A DNA stretch of 64,000 nt from Vicugna vicugna (lineage: Eukaryota): positions 3,596,001 to 3,660,000 of the forward strand of contig MU058221.1 of NCBI GenBank assembly GCA_013265495.1. The letters run 5' to 3'. A program made the position numbers and the translations under genes. The notes under the pieces were generated by a model. The model was not told where the DNA came from, did no database searches, and was given only the letters and a program-made list of their open reading frames with translations. Of the stretch, positions 63,385-64,000 are shown one piece after another; within the stretch, counting starts at the first letter, position 1; each line of letters opens with the position of its first letter.

Positions 63385-63585
63385 GAAAGATTTTTTTTCT
63401 ACAGTCATATTGGTAATGTGGATGTATGTGTTTTGATTTTAATTTAATATCCGGCAAAAAATAACCTGGAGAAAATCTGAAGGTTACTAAGAAGAACTAT
63501 GTTAAAATAATGTATTGTACAGGCGTATGGTGAAACTAGGCAGACTCTTGTTTTGTTTGGGGGGGTGAGGTAATTAGATTTCTTT

Positions 63586-63695
63586 ATGTATTTTTTAATT
63601 AATTATTTTTTTTATTTTGTTTTATTTTATTTATAGTGGAGGTACTAGGGATTGAACCCAGGACCTCCTGCACGCTAAGCACTCACTCTACCCCC
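63586..63695 (-). mobile_element. tRNA-Ala-derived SINE (Vic-1 type), 5' part partly deleted
   Basis: T-rich tail, then tggaggtactagggattgaacccaggacctcctgcacgctaagcactcactctacccc. Confidence 0.88.
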
Positions 63696-63826
63696 GAATC
63701 TAGGCAGACTTTGAAAAGAATGATTTTAAGATCTATGGTCCTCGAAATGTTGTACAAGATGGAAGAATTTTGAAAAGCAGTTTGTGGAGCACTGCATGTC
63801 ATCTTCTTAATGTTAGAAAACTATAC

Positions 63827-63909
63827 GGGGAAGGGGTACCGCTCAGGGGGAGGTAGCGTGTGTGCCTAGCGTGCATGAGGCTCTGGGTTCAACCCCCAGG
63901 ACCGGCAAA

Positions 63910-63956
<47 letters not shown>

Positions 63957-64000
63957 ACAAACCTAATTAGCCCCCAAAAGAAATACAAAAGTAATTTTTT
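63827..64000 (+). mobile_element. tRNA-Ala-derived SINE (Vic-1 type) with (AAAT)12 tail
   Basis: ggggaaggggtaccgctcagg...tgcctagcgtgcatgaggctctgggttcaacccccagg; (AAAT)12 at 63907-63954; cctaattagccccc tail. May run past the window end. Confidence 0.85.

Noticed and set aside
1-64000. CRISPR arrays, operons, prophage or other prokaryotic systems; rRNA genes
   Set aside because: No repeat-spacer arrays, gene-dense coding regions or rRNA-like sequence. The window is mammalian non-coding DNA.

Overview
Mammalian genomic DNA, not microbial. The repeat content points to a camelid (alpaca, llama or camel): four tRNA-Ala-derived Vic-1-type SINEs and two lineage-specific L1 3' ends are present, and I saw no Alu, B1, Bov-A/BovB, PRE1 or Can-SINE. 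The window is AT-rich and essentially non-coding. It holds one strong CpG island (~3.5-4.7 kb, probable promoter/first exon) followed by ~59 kb of intron-like or intergenic sequence full of LINE-1 fragments, solo LTRs, MIR/L2 relics, DNA-transposon relics, microsatellites and one 142-nt N gap. I could not identify any cellular protein-coding exon or name the host gene; the only ORFs with recognisable homology are LINE-1 ORF2p remnants. I found no convincing new biological system. The best-supported observations concern retrotransposition: a young 600-bp ERVK-type solo LTR with a perfect 6-bp TSD, three independent ultra-short L1 insertions within ~530 bp, a probable 25-nt L1 3' transduction, a twin-primed inverted L1, three co-oriented copies of one ERV1 LTR family, and a minus-strand bias of retroelements suggesting a long plus-strand transcription unit. 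Repeat family names come from recalled consensus resemblance, and counts are by eye; both need RepeatMasker/Dfam confirmation.
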